Both the position numbers and the translations under genes were made by a program. A stretch of 61,787 nucleotides of DNA, the filler included. It is 7 parts of 7 records of this genome, joined end to end, with 100 filler letters (N's around TTAATTAATTAA, not from the genome) between each part and the next. Parts side by side here need not be neighbours in the genome. Positions count along the whole stretch, not along the records: positions 13,324 to 35,304 come from DRR723986_4243; 6 more parts are not named here. One strand, written 5' to 3'. This document shows positions 21,842 through 32,117 of this stretch, in pieces. Position 1 is the stretch's first letter. The number at the start of each line of letters is the position of its first letter. The notes beneath the pieces are model-generated. The model saw nothing but the letters and a program-made list of their open reading frames with translations, was not told the DNA's origin and made no database searches.

Positions 21842-23359
21842 TCAAAAAAGAGGGAGCTGTGATGCCGGTTCAGAGTCCTGGTTGCCAATCCTGGGCCGGT
21901 TCTGTGTCGGCCCCTTTCGACTGCCATGACGGTTGAGAACCCGGTCCGTCTCTGTCTGGCTCACTTGCTGCTTCCTGAACTCTCCGACCGCCTTGCGAGC
22001 CACCCGTGCTGCCTGCTCATGATCACAGACTGGTGAAATATAGGTATTGCCGCCAAAGCGCTGCTTCTGGGCTGGCGTCATCAGCCATGGGGTGTGGATC
22101 ATTTCCGCCGGGACGCCGGCCAGCTCCGGTATCCAGCGGCGGATGAACTCACCTTCCGGATCCAGTTTCTGACTTTGCAACACCGGGTTGTAAATGCGCA
22201 GGGCGTTGATGCCGGTGAGCCCCGATTGCATCTGGGCCTGGGGATAGTGAATGCCGGGCTCGAAATCGGTAAACAGGCGAGCCAGGTGCAGTGCCGGGTC
22301 CCGCCAGTGCAGCCAAAGCTGATAACTGGCCACCGCCATCAGCATGGCCCGCATGCGGAAGTTAATCCAACCAGTGTGCTCCAGGCTGCGCATGCAGGCA
22401 TCCACCAGCGGCCAGCCGGTCTGGCCCTCCTGCCAGCGATGCAGTCGCTCGCTGTTGTTTGGTCCGGTTTTCAGGTGCTCCAGTTCCCGATGCATGGCAC
22501 GGAATTCCAGTTCCGGTTCATCCTCCAGCTTCTGGATAAAGTGGCAATGCCAGTGCAGCCTTGAGCGAAAGCTGGTGAGGCTTTTCCTCTTGCGAGGCAG
22601 AGTGTTGCGGTGGTCTCCGGTCTCTTTTGACTGCTGATAGACATCGCGCAGGCTGATGGTGCCCCAGGCCAGGTGAGGGCTGAGCCGTGAGCAGGCGCGA
22701 GGTGCGGTAAGCGGTGAGGACATGTTGTACTGATAACCCACGCACCGCCGTTCCAGAAACGAATCCAGCAGGGCAATGGCCCGTTCGCTGCCGCCGGCCT
22801 GACGATCCGGGCATGGGCCACCGTTAAGCTGGGCGGGTGCGGGTAAGCTCTGCGGCCAGCCGGAGGTACCCGGCGAACGAATCCCTTCGGGTGCAGGCAG
22901 GCGTGTGCTTTTGATGATCCGGTTCCAGTGCTGGTCCCAGTCGTCCCGGTTGACCAGTCGCCGAACGACACCAAAGCCCTGCCATTCGCGGAACTCAATC
23001 TGCTGGCTCTGGCACCAGGCAATCACCGCTTTATCCCGTTGAAAGGTCCAGTCCCCGCCGGTTTCCTGATGGCAGAACACCTGTGTGATGCCGTACTGCT
23101 GTTTCAGGTCATCCAGGGTTCTGATGACCTCCCCGTGAGCAATCAGCAGATCACTGCCCAGGCGTTTTAACTGCTTGCGCAAGGATTCGAGAGACTCCGC
23201 AACGAACTGCCACTGCCGGCGGGAGGTGTCCGGTTGCTGCCAGTATTCCGGCTCCACCACGTACAAGGGCACCACCGGCTGCCCCGATTGCACAGCGGCG
23301 TAAAGTGGGCCGTGATCCTCCACCCGTAAATCCCGTTTGAACCAGACCACGACTGCCAT
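21842..23359 (-). CDS. Cryptochrome/photolyase family FAD protein (subfamily uncertain)
   Basis: VVWFKRDLRVEDH, SRLSPHLAWG, GQTGWPLVDACMR, INFRMRAML, RIYNP, DPEGEFIRRWIPEL. Confidence 0.92.
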   Translation of the reverse strand: MAVVVWFKRDLRVEDHGPLYAAVQSGQPVVPLYVVEPEYWQQPDTSRRQWQFVAESLESLRKQLKRLGSDLLIAHGEVIRTLDDLKQQYGITQVFCHQETGGDWTFQRDKAVIAWCQSQQIEFREWQGFGVVRRLVNRDDWDQHWNRIIKSTRLPAPEGIRSPGTSGWPQSLPAPAQLNGGPCPDRQAGGSERAIALLDSFLERRCVGYQYNMSSPLTAPRACSRLSPHLAWGTISLRDVYQQSKETGDHRNTLPRKRKSLTSFRSRLHWHCHFIQKLEDEPELEFRAMHRELEHLKTGPNNSERLHRWQEGQTGWPLVDACMRSLEHTGWINFRMRAMLMAVASYQLWLHWRDPALHLARLFTDFEPGIHYPQAQMQSGLTGINALRIYNPVLQSQKLDPEGEFIRRWIPELAGVPAEMIHTPWLMTPAQKQRFGGNTYISPVCDHEQAARVARKAVGEFRKQQVSQTETDRVLNRHGSRKGPTQNRPRIGNQDSEPASQLPLF

Positions 23360-23499
23360 CAGTGCGGCCCCCGGTTGCGCCGGCAACGCTCACTGCAGTA
23401 TTTCACCTGGTCCCAGTCCTTTGCCCACTTCTTGCGCCAGGTGAAAGGGCGGTTGCAGGCCGGGCAGATTTTCTCAGGTAAGTGCGGTTTTTTGTGCAT
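23359..23499 (-). CDS. DUF2256-like small Cys-rich protein (46 aa, absent from the ORF track)
   Basis: Translated by hand: [51 protein letters not shown] coupling to the photolyase start. Confidence 0.88.
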   Translation of the reverse strand: MHKKPHLPEKICPACNRPFTWRKKWAKDWDQVKYCSERCRRNRGPH

Positions 23500-23567
23500 G
23501 GGCGGTTTATGGGTTTAACTGAAAGAGGTGTGTGGATATACGTGACTGAGCTTCCAGAGGTTTTGCC

Positions 23568-25256
23568 ATGTCCCGATTCGACGACAACATCCTGCCACCC
23601 TCGGTCCTGATCTTCGACTGGCACGGTACCCTGGTGGACACCCATGATGCCATGTTCAGCGCCATGGAGGAGATGTTATCGCAACTGGAAGAGCTGGGCC
23701 TCGTGGAGCAGTTGCTGCCTGAAGACCAGTGCCGCACCGAAGACGACGCCCGGCTGGTGCGTTACATCCGAATCTACCGCCGATTGCACCCGCGGATTCT
23801 GGCTGAGCGCAGGGTCTCCCGAACGGATATTCTCAACGCCATCTTTGGTGAGAACAAGGCTCCCAAGCTGATCGCGCATAAAGCCTACAATCAGGCTTAC
23901 CGGAAGTACTTCGGCCAGGTCAAACCGTTTCAGCCGGGCGCTTATGATTATCTGTCAGCACTGAAAGCCCTGGGTATCAAGCTGGCGGTGTGCACCAACC
24001 GCAACCGGGAGTTCCTGGACCGGGAACTGCAGATTGTCGACGAGGGCCGCTGGCTGCATTTGTTCGATGCCACCATGTGTGCTGATGACGTCACTGAATA
24101 CAAGCCGGATCCGGAGGTTATCCTCAAAGCGCTGGAAAAGCTGTCGATCCAAACGGATGAACACGCCTGGTATATCGGGGACAGTTATGTGGACATGCTT
24201 ACCGCACACCATGCCGGTGTGGCTGGAGTGTTCTACAACGGTGCCTGTTGGGAGCCCGACCGGGTCAGCAGCTGGTTCACCAAGCGAGACGCCCCGACCG
24301 CTGTTCTCGACAGCTTTGAAGATCTGATGGATCTACTCGCCCTGCTGGAACGTGAGCATTCCGAAGCGTTTGTCGCCAGCCCGGCAGAGGTGCGCCCGAA
24401 ACCCTTCCCGGCACCAGAGCGGCCGGAACCCCGCATTGAGCCGGACTGGCACCCGGCGGTGGTGAAACTGATTCGCCCGGCGGTGATCCTGTTCGACTGG
24501 CACGCCACTCTGGTGGACACGCTCGATGCCATGTACCACGCGGTGGATGACATGCTGCCGGATTTCCACAAGCTGGGGTTGATGGACCGGATGGTGGCGC
24601 CGGAAGACAGCAAAACCCCGGAAGATGCCCGCCTGGTGGCATACGTGCGAGAGTTCGCCAAACTGCATCCCAAGGTAAAGGCTGATCGAAAAATCTCCCG
24701 CACCGATATTTTTGAAGTGCTGTTCGGTGAGGATCAGGACGCCAAGCAGATTGCCCACAAAGCCTTTAATCATCACTACCGGAATCACTACGGCACCGTG
24801 AAAGCCTTCGAGCCCAGGGTGCGGGAAATGCTGGAAGGGCTGCGCAAGCTGGGTATCCTGGTGGGCGTGATCACCAACCGCGACCGGGAGTTTTTCGAGC
24901 ACGAACTGGCGGCGGTGGAAGATACCGGCTGGACACACCTGTTTGACGTTAACGTGTGTGGTGATGATACCCCGCTGCGCAAACCCCACCCGGATCAATT
25001 GCTGCTGGCAGTGCAGAAGCTGGATTACCCACCGGACCCCAGTGTGTGGTACGTGGGCGACTCTACCACTGACATCATTGCGGCCAAACGGGCCGGTATG
25101 ACCGCGGTGTTCTTCAACGGCGCCCAGTGGGATTTGCCGTGGCTGAACCGGATTTTTCCCGGTACTCACAAACACCCGGACAAACCGGATGTAGTAGTTA
25201 ACGATTTCTCCGAGTTCTGGGCTCTGGTGCTGGCCTGCGAAGTCGGGCCTCCCTGA
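23568..25256 (+). CDS. Tandem two-domain HAD-superfamily hydrolase
   Basis: Two sets of HAD motifs: FDWHGTLVDT/TN/KPDP/IGDS..D and FDWHATLVDT/TN/KPHP/VGDS..D. Confidence 0.9.
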   Translation: MSRFDDNILPPSVLIFDWHGTLVDTHDAMFSAMEEMLSQLEELGLVEQLLPEDQCRTEDDARLVRYIRIYRRLHPRILAERRVSRTDILNAIFGENKAPKLIAHKAYNQAYRKYFGQVKPFQPGAYDYLSALKALGIKLAVCTNRNREFLDRELQIVDEGRWLHLFDATMCADDVTEYKPDPEVILKALEKLSIQTDEHAWYIGDSYVDMLTAHHAGVAGVFYNGACWEPDRVSSWFTKRDAPTAVLDSFEDLMDLLALLEREHSEAFVASPAEVRPKPFPAPERPEPRIEPDWHPAVVKLIRPAVILFDWHATLVDTLDAMYHAVDDMLPDFHKLGLMDRMVAPEDSKTPEDARLVAYVREFAKLHPKVKADRKISRTDIFEVLFGEDQDAKQIAHKAFNHHYRNHYGTVKAFEPRVREMLEGLRKLGILVGVITNRDREFFEHELAAVEDTGWTHLFDVNVCGDDTPLRKPHPDQLLLAVQKLDYPPDPSVWYVGDSTTDIIAAKRAGMTAVFFNGAQWDLPWLNRIFPGTHKHPDKPDVVVNDFSEFWALVLACEVGPP

Positions 25257-25272
25257 CTCTGGAAGATGTTGG

Positions 25273-26529
25273 TTATTCTGCCGAGCCGGGGGCGGGGGGA
25301 TTGTTAAGAGCGTGTTCGATGTCGAGCCCGAGTACCAGCACGCCTTCGAGTCCGTTGTTGGGTTCATTCAGCGGCACCGGAAAGCTGACCATCACCTGGA
25401 AACGGGCGGTGGAGGCATCGTAGCGAATCGGCGAAATCCACATGTCGCGCTTTCTCTCAACGCCTCGGTCGGTTTCAAGGGCGATTTCCTGAACCTTGGG
25501 CTCGTCGCCCTGCCAGAAGTCTGAGGACAAGCGGCTCATGGCGACCAGCGCCCCGGCTTTGTCGGTCAGCAGTACCTCGGTAACGAGTGGCGAGTGGCTG
25601 GCCTGCCAGGCTGTCATTGCCCGGGAAGCCGGCAGCTCAAGTATTTCGCCAGCCAGCGGTGTCGGATGGTGGGGTGCCAGCGCTTGCCAGAGCGTGTCCT
25701 TGGTCAGGATATCGGTCAGGTTGTCGTAGGTTGGCCCCTGGTAGATGGCATTGGTCAGATTGATGTTGCCGGAGAGATCAGCCATCAGTGCTTGCGCCAG
25801 CCCCTGAACCTCGGACGCTTCCTGTTCGGACAATTGCATACTGGGCATTGCACAGCCAGCGAGGTGTGCGTTAAATCCGGACAGGAAGCGAGGGTGGTCC
25901 GCAGAAAAGCGAGAGCTCACATACAGGTGCAAAGGCGCGTACCGAACAAAATCAGAATTCAGTGACCAATCTACCCTGGATTTCTGGTCTTGCAGGTAGT
26001 TCATGGCACGCTGATCCATCAGGGCGAGATCAATCCGCTTTCGTACCAGAAGCGCTGGAAGCTGCTCAGCCCCTGTAACCGTGATAAACGGTTTCAGATC
26101 ATTGTCTTCCAGCCAGATGGCTTCATTGCTGCCACCGACCACGCCAATTCTTGCAGTGCCGGGGTCCGGTTTGGCTTCGGCGGTAAAGAACCAGTGCCAT
26201 TTCTCCAGGGCGACCGGGTGCGAGCGAACGGCGGATTGGTCCAGTTCCTCGGATGCCCCGACGGCATAGTAGCCGTCCACCAGGTTGCGTTCCAGTGAGT
26301 AACGGGCCCGGCTTTGCGGCATCAGACTGATCCTGGCCTGAAATCCGGACTTGTTCAGGGCGCAGCGGATGGTTTCCGTGGTTTCACCGGTAACCACCGG
26401 AATCTGGGGTTCCTCATACTGGTAAGGCGGTGCCAGAAAGGTATACAGGCTGAAGCCATGGTGGTCTGCCCTCACGCTCAATGAGGCCATAACAAGGCTC
26501 AATCCGATAATCAGGCTGCGGGCATCCAT
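25273..26529 (-). CDS. Periplasmic protein: solute-binding (family 3-like) domain fused to a PDC/Cache-like domain
   Basis: Signal peptide; APPYQ..RIDLAL..PLHLYVS (SBP-like); EVLLTDKAGALVAMS..SDFWQGDE..YDAST..QVMVSFPV..GVLVLG (PDC-like). Confidence 0.65.
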   Translation of the reverse strand: MDARSLIIGLSLVMASLSVRADHHGFSLYTFLAPPYQYEEPQIPVVTGETTETIRCALNKSGFQARISLMPQSRARYSLERNLVDGYYAVGASEELDQSAVRSHPVALEKWHWFFTAEAKPDPGTARIGVVGGSNEAIWLEDNDLKPFITVTGAEQLPALLVRKRIDLALMDQRAMNYLQDQKSRVDWSLNSDFVRYAPLHLYVSSRFSADHPRFLSGFNAHLAGCAMPSMQLSEQEASEVQGLAQALMADLSGNINLTNAIYQGPTYDNLTDILTKDTLWQALAPHHPTPLAGEILELPASRAMTAWQASHSPLVTEVLLTDKAGALVAMSRLSSDFWQGDEPKVQEIALETDRGVERKRDMWISPIRYDASTARFQVMVSFPVPLNEPNNGLEGVLVLGLDIEHALNNPPAPGSAE

Positions 26530-26618
26530 GTGCGCACTCAAGCGTCCAGATTGCTGACAATGGTATGAGCATAGCAGTCATAATCCCGCTTTTCCGTACC
26601 TCATTTGGCGTAGTCGGA

Positions 26619-28151
26619 TCACAGTGTTTCGATATTGGCCAGAACCCAGTCTGCCCTTGCCCGCAAGGCTTCCCGCCGCTCTGGCTTCTGCTTGTCCCAG
26701 TTCCGGTACATCATGGTCATTCGTGGATTGTTGGCAAAATCCTCGCGGTGCCGGTCAATGAAGTGCCAGTACAGGCTGTTGAACGGGCAGGCGCGGTCTC
26801 CGGTAGCGTCCTGCACCCGGTAGTGGCAGTTCTGGCAGTGGTCAGACATGCGCTGGATGTATTTGCCGCTGGCGGCGTAAGGCTTGGAGCCCAGGTAGCC
26901 ACCATCGGCGTGCATTACCATGCCCAGGGTGTTGGGCAGCTCCACCCAGTCGAAGGCGTCGATATACACCGCCAGGTACCAGTCACAGATGGCTTCCGGT
27001 TTCACCCCGGCCAGGAGGGCAAAGTTACCGGTGATCATCAGTCGCTGGATGTGGTGGGCATAGGCGTTGCGGGCCGTGGCGTCGATGGCCTTTTGCATGC
27101 AGCGCATCTTTGTATCGCCGGTCCAGTAGAACCAGGGCAGCTCACGGCTGTTGCCCAAACGGTTTTCCCGGGCGTAACCGGGCATCAGCAGCCAGTAGAT
27201 GCCGCGCACGAATTCCCGCCAGCCGATGATCTGGCGGACAAAGCCTTCCACGGCATTCAGCGGCGCCCGGCCGGCGTGCCAGGCCCGTACCGCTTCTTCA
27301 CACACCTCCATGGGATCCAGCAGGCCGGTGTTGAGATAGGGGGACAGGATGGAATGAAACAGCCAGTCTTCGTTGTCTGACATGGTATCCTGGTAGTCGC
27401 CGAAGCAGGGCAGGGCGAAGTCGATAAAGTGGGCAAGCGCTTCCAGCGCCTGTTCGGCGGTAACGGCGTAGTGGAAACCTTCCGTGGTACCGAAATGTTC
27501 TGAGAAGTATTCGTTTACCAGCTCGATCACTTCGGTGGTAATGGCATCCGGTTCCTCGCGGAACGGGGCCGGGGCGGGAGGCTTGCCGGCCCATTTCTTT
27601 CGGTTGTCGGTGTCGAAGTTCCATTGGCCACCTTCGGGCTGACCTTCGGAGGTCATCAGCAAACCGGTTTTTTTGCGCATTTCCCGATAGAAGAATTCCA
27701 TGCGCAGCTGCTTTCGGCCCTCGGCCCAGCGGGCGAACTCGTCAGTATTGCAGACGAAGCGGGTATCTGGCCGGATTTCCACGGGGACGCCCAGTGTTTT
27801 GTGCCAGCGGCTGATCTGTTCGTGTAAACGCCACTCACCACATTCTGTCGTAATGACTCGCTCCGGTTGGTATTCCCGTGCCAGCTCCGCTATTACCTGT
27901 TCAATAGACTGTGCCGGATTGTCCGGGTGATAGCGCTGATAGTGAACCCGCCAGCCATCCTCCTCCAGTGCATCGGCAAAGTGCCGCATGGCACTGAAAA
28001 TGAACACCAGCTTCTTCCTGTGATGGTTGGTGTAGCTGGCTTCACTGTGGACCTCGGCCATCACGACCAGGTCGTTGTCCTTGTCTGCGCCCTCAAGGGC
28101 AGAGAGACGGTGGCTGAGCTGATCACCCAGGATCAGGATGAGATTGGCCAT
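26619..28151 (-). CDS. Fe-S bacterial cryptochrome/(6-4) photolyase (PhrB/CryB type)
   Basis: LILGDQL, HHRKKL, MEFFYREMR, GGQWNFD, FGDYQD, YAHHIQRLM, KPYAASG, HCQNC..ACPF cluster cysteines. Confidence 0.93.
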   Translation of the reverse strand: MANLILILGDQLSHRLSALEGADKDNDLVVMAEVHSEASYTNHHRKKLVFIFSAMRHFADALEEDGWRVHYQRYHPDNPAQSIEQVIAELAREYQPERVITTECGEWRLHEQISRWHKTLGVPVEIRPDTRFVCNTDEFARWAEGRKQLRMEFFYREMRKKTGLLMTSEGQPEGGQWNFDTDNRKKWAGKPPAPAPFREEPDAITTEVIELVNEYFSEHFGTTEGFHYAVTAEQALEALAHFIDFALPCFGDYQDTMSDNEDWLFHSILSPYLNTGLLDPMEVCEEAVRAWHAGRAPLNAVEGFVRQIIGWREFVRGIYWLLMPGYARENRLGNSRELPWFYWTGDTKMRCMQKAIDATARNAYAHHIQRLMITGNFALLAGVKPEAICDWYLAVYIDAFDWVELPNTLGMVMHADGGYLGSKPYAASGKYIQRMSDHCQNCHYRVQDATGDRACPFNSLYWHFIDRHREDFANNPRMTMMYRNWDKQKPERREALRARADWVLANIETL

Positions 28152-28240
28152 GACGGGCTCCGGCTGAGTTTATCCTTTAGAGGTAGGCAGAATACGCCAT
28201 GGGCGCAAGGGTGGTTCATTGGGTATGCTGGTACACTCAG

Positions 28241-28282
28241 CTGATTCGCATCAAATCGTGCCAGCCGCCGGTCAGGCATAAT
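28241..28282 (+). promoter_or_regulatory. FNR/ANR class II promoter of hemN
   Basis: CTGAT-TCGC-ATCAA (28241-28254) and CATAAT (28277-28282) at class II spacing. Confidence 0.7.
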
Positions 28283-28328
28283 GCGCGCTTTCCGGCATGC
28301 CGATCCTATTCGACGTTAGAGTTTTACT

Positions 28329-29738
28329 ATGGCTTCTGATACCGCTGCAGCAAACAATCTGCCCGCTTTCATCTGGGATGAGGCGCTCATCCGCCGCTAT
28401 GATCTGAGCGGACCTCGCTACACATCCTATCCAACAGCGGTGGAGTTCACCCCGAATTATTCCATTGAAGACATGGTCAAGGCGGCTGGCCGCAGCAAGG
28501 CCGCTGGCGGGCCCATCTCGCTGTATACCCACCTGCCGTTCTGTGCGCACCTTTGCTACTACTGTGCCTGCAACAAGGTGATCACCAAGAAGCGCGACAA
28601 GGCCATGCCCTATGTGGAGCGGGTACTGAAAGAAGCGGCCATCCAGTCGAAACTGTTCGGTGCCGACCGCCCGGTCAAGCAGCTGCACTGGGGTGGTGGT
28701 ACACCTACCTTCCTGCCCAGGGATGTGATGCAGCACCTGATGGCCGGTTACGGTGAGCTGTTTAACCTGCAGTCCGGCGACGACCGGGACTACAGTGTCG
28801 AAATCGATCCCCGGGAAGTGGACGAAGATACCCTGTCCACCCTCTGGGAGCTGGGCTTCAACCGTATCAGCCTGGGCGTGCAGGATGTGAATCCGGAAGT
28901 GCAGAAAGCGGTGAACCGTATCCAGCCCCGGGACATGACTGAGTCGGTATTGAACGAAGCGCGCCACATCGGCTTCCGCTCCATCAACCTGGATCTGATC
29001 TACGGCCTGCCGTACCAGACTCCGGAAAGCTTTGCCGAAACCCTGGAATCGGTGATCGAGATGTCGCCGGACCGGCTTTCGGTGTTCAGTTACGCGCATC
29101 TGCCGGACCGTTTCTATCCGCAAACACGGATTCAGGCCGATACTCTGCCCAGTCCGCAGCAGAAACTGACCATCCTGCACAACACCATCAATCGTTTGCT
29201 GGAAGCTGGCTACGAATACATCGGCATGGACCACTTCGCCAAGCCGGACGACAGCCTGGCGGTGGCCCAGCGCGAAGGCCGCCTGCATCGGAACTTCCAG
29301 GGGTACACTACTCACTCGGATTGTGACCTGGTGTCCCTGGGTGTCTCCGCCATCGGCCAGACCGACGATGCCTACTTCCAGAACAACCACGACCTGCCGT
29401 CCTGGGAGGCGTCCATCGATGCTGGCCAACTGGCGATTATTCGTGGCGTGGGCCTGACCCGCGACGACCGTATCCGCCGCTGGGTGATCGGGCAGCTGAT
29501 CTGCCAGTTCCGACTGGACCGCAAGCAGTTTGCCGAACAGTGGAATGAAGATTTTGACCGCTATTTCGCGGATGAAATGAACCGCCTGAAGCCGATGATC
29601 CAGGACGAGCTGATTGCGGATTGCGATTCTTTGCTGCAGGTTCAGCCTGCCGGTCGCCTACTGATCCGGGCCATTTGCCAGATCTTCGATCTGTATCGCA
29701 AGGAAGGGGCAAGCCAGCGGTTCTCCAGAATTATCTGA
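28329..29738 (+). CDS. hemN: Oxygen-independent coproporphyrinogen III oxidase
   Basis: GPRYTSYPTA, HLPFCAHLCYYCAC, GGGTPT, RNFQGY. Confidence 0.96.
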   Translation: MASDTAAANNLPAFIWDEALIRRYDLSGPRYTSYPTAVEFTPNYSIEDMVKAAGRSKAAGGPISLYTHLPFCAHLCYYCACNKVITKKRDKAMPYVERVLKEAAIQSKLFGADRPVKQLHWGGGTPTFLPRDVMQHLMAGYGELFNLQSGDDRDYSVEIDPREVDEDTLSTLWELGFNRISLGVQDVNPEVQKAVNRIQPRDMTESVLNEARHIGFRSINLDLIYGLPYQTPESFAETLESVIEMSPDRLSVFSYAHLPDRFYPQTRIQADTLPSPQQKLTILHNTINRLLEAGYEYIGMDHFAKPDDSLAVAQREGRLHRNFQGYTTHSDCDLVSLGVSAIGQTDDAYFQNNHDLPSWEASIDAGQLAIIRGVGLTRDDRIRRWVIGQLICQFRLDRKQFAEQWNEDFDRYFADEMNRLKPMIQDELIADCDSLLQVQPAGRLLIRAICQIFDLYRKEGASQRFSRII

Positions 29739-29757
29739 CTGGAGAACAATGAGCACA

Positions 29758-29795
29758 AACGCAAGAGGGCTGCCACATGGCAGCCCTCTTGCGTT
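29758..29795. terminator. Hairpin between the convergent hemN and MCP genes
   Basis: AACGCAAGAGGGCTGCC-ACAT-GGCAGCCCTCTTGCGTT, perfect 17-bp stem. Confidence 0.8.
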
Positions 29796-29815
29796 GTCGT
29801 GTGAGGGTTTTCTGA

Positions 29816-31834
29816 TCAGGCCACTTTGAACTCATTGGCCAGGTCCTGTAACTGGCGGGCCAGCCGCGCCTGTTCCTGGGTGACCTCGGTGATTTCCTGG
29901 GAGCCGGTCAGGGTCAGGAGGGCAGCTTCGCTTACAGATTCCATATTACCCGCCAGTTCGCGCGTGACGGCAACCTGCTGTTCCGACGCAGTGGCAATCT
30001 GGGTCGCCATATCGGAAATGCTGTTCACGTCCATCAGAATGTCAGCAAAGGTCTGTTCCATCTCCGAGGCTTGCGCGCTGGTCTGGTCGGCCAGTTTGTG
30101 GCTGGTGACAATTGAACGGCTGGCGTTATCGGTGATGGTCTTGAAGCCGTTGATGATATCTTCGATCTGAGTGGTGGATTCATGGGTTTGCTGCGCCAGT
30201 GTGCGAACCTCATCCGCCACTACCGCAAAGCCTCGTCCGTGCTCGCCCGCCCGGGCGGCTTCGATCGCTGCATTCAACGCCAGCAGATTGGTCTGGTCGG
30301 CCACTTTCCGGATAACATCAACCACATCGCTGATGGTCGTGCTGCGTTGTTCCAGTTCTTCGATAACCTGGTTGACGTCTTGTACTGACTTCGCCAGTTC
30401 CCGGATCTGGGAGACACTGGTGTGCAGCACCTTCTCGCCGGTCTGGCTTTTCTCCATAGCCCGGCTGGAGGCGTCCGCCACCTGCTGGGTGTTGTGAGAA
30501 ATCTCCTCTGAGGTTGCCGACATTTCTTCGGTGGCAGCGGCCACCTGCTCAATCTGTTGTTGCTGGTTCTTGATCTGTGAGGAATTCTGGCCCGCGGTTG
30601 AGCTGGTTTCCTCGGTGGCTGTGGCCAGCTGTACGCTTGCCTTGTCGATTTGCAGCAAAGCCTCGCTAAAACGGCCAAACAGTTCATTGATTGCTTCGGC
30701 TATGGTGCCCGTCTCGTCCTTGCTGGAGACCGGAATCGCCTGCGACAGGTCCTTGTTGTCCATGGCGTTTTGAACACCTTCCAGCAGCTGATTCACCTGC
30801 TGATGAATGGCTCGAATAATCACGGTCATTAACAGAACCACCAGAACGATTGACGTCGCGGCAATGGCCGATGCCCAGATCAGATTGCTTCTGGCGGCAG
30901 TCACGCCAGCGGTGCCCAGTGCTTTAACCTGTGACAGCATATCAGTGCGGATGCCGTTAATGGCCTGGATGCGGTTGGTAGAGGCTGAAAACCAGTCACT
31001 GGCTTCCAGGCCGTACATACCGGAAGGGCTGCTCAGAAGCATATCTCGCTGATCCAGCATTTTTCGGTGCTCGGCGGTTTCGGGAAATGACTCAATCCGA
31101 CCACGGATATCCGAATTTGCACTCAGCATGGCGATTGCGGTCTGGAAATACGCTTGCTGACGCCCTGACAGGGCCGCTATTTGCCCAACTGCAGGCAGGG
31201 CGAAGTTGCCGCTGCGCACCAGTGACGCCCCTGCAGCCCGTTCACGGCCTGCCATTTCGGCAGCTTCGGCAAGGGCAAGGTAGGCATTGATCTGCCGGGC
31301 AAGCTCGGGCTCAGATGCCCGGCGCACCAGCAACGGAATACGGTTAACGATTTCCATGATCAGGCTGGTGTAGCGGGCGCCGGATTCGGCACCAGCCAAC
31401 ACCCGGTTATCAATATCCCTGCGCAGACTGGTTAGATTGCCAATGTCCCGCTGGAATTTGTCGACGCTTGCCTGAATGCTGCTGTCAAAACGGGCTTCTT
31501 CAGCCAGTGCCTCGATTCCGTTCTGGTAGGCGCTCAGGTTCCTGTCGGTATTTTGTCTCTGGGATTGAAGATTGCGGGTTGCCTCGCGTTCGCCGTCAGA
31601 ATCCGGGGCGCTGGAAATAAACACGGCCGAACGGCCCCGTTCTTTCTGCAACTCCTCAACCAGCGGATCCCCAAGCTCAGCCAGCCGAACCAAGGTATTG
31701 AGCTGTTGCATGTTGTCCAGGTCATCCATATTACGGGAGATGCTCTGGACCGCGAAAAATACAATGACCAGCAGCGCAGGCAGAACCAAAGTAATCAGCT
31801 TGCCTCGCATGGAGAGGTTGTTGATAAAAGTCAT
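29816..31834 (-). CDS. Methyl-accepting chemotaxis protein with NIT (nitrate/nitrite) sensor domain
   Basis: TM-sensor-TM-HAMP-MCP layout; ELQKERGRS and [11 protein letters not shown] motifs; [31 protein letters not shown]. Confidence 0.9.
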   Translation of the reverse strand: MTFINNLSMRGKLITLVLPALLVIVFFAVQSISRNMDDLDNMQQLNTLVRLAELGDPLVEELQKERGRSAVFISSAPDSDGEREATRNLQSQRQNTDRNLSAYQNGIEALAEEARFDSSIQASVDKFQRDIGNLTSLRRDIDNRVLAGAESGARYTSLIMEIVNRIPLLVRRASEPELARQINAYLALAEAAEMAGRERAAGASLVRSGNFALPAVGQIAALSGRQQAYFQTAIAMLSANSDIRGRIESFPETAEHRKMLDQRDMLLSSPSGMYGLEASDWFSASTNRIQAINGIRTDMLSQVKALGTAGVTAARSNLIWASAIAATSIVLVVLLMTVIIRAIHQQVNQLLEGVQNAMDNKDLSQAIPVSSKDETGTIAEAINELFGRFSEALLQIDKASVQLATATEETSSTAGQNSSQIKNQQQQIEQVAAATEEMSATSEEISHNTQQVADASSRAMEKSQTGEKVLHTSVSQIRELAKSVQDVNQVIEELEQRSTTISDVVDVIRKVADQTNLLALNAAIEAARAGEHGRGFAVVADEVRTLAQQTHESTTQIEDIINGFKTITDNASRSIVTSHKLADQTSAQASEMEQTFADILMDVNSISDMATQIATASEQQVAVTRELAGNMESVSEAALLTLTGSQEITEVTQEQARLARQLQDLANEFKVA

Positions 31835-32007
31835 GGGAGGGCCTCGTCATTGAGAATGGCGTCCATTGTGGACAAGTGTAGCAGTTCAGACCATTGACGC
31901 CTTGGGGTAGCTGAGGGGGTAGATTTCCACATGTAAGTGCTTGTAATAAAAAGTTAAAGCAATGAGTTTCAGGAAGTTTTGGTTCAGGTAGGGGTTAATA
32001 CGTAGAG

Positions 32008-32088
32008 TACTGCCAAAGGGGTATTTGACCGGTTTCGGTCAATCCGCTGACAAAGGTCAAGGTGGGCTAAGTCGCTGACCGGTAAGGT
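32008..32088 (+). promoter_or_regulatory. Candidate NarL and FNR sites upstream of ubiU
   Basis: TACTGCC-AA-AGGGGTA (32008-32023); TTGACC-N6-GGTCAA (32025-32042); CTGAC-AAAG-GTCAA (32047-32060) with TAAGGT at 32083-32088. Confidence 0.55.
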
Positions 32089-32117
32089 GCACGGCAACGT
32101 GCTCAGCGGAGAAAACC

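Noticed and set aside
23568..25256. HAD duplication as an assembly artefact
   Set aside because: The halves are substantially diverged and joined in frame by a Pro-rich linker.
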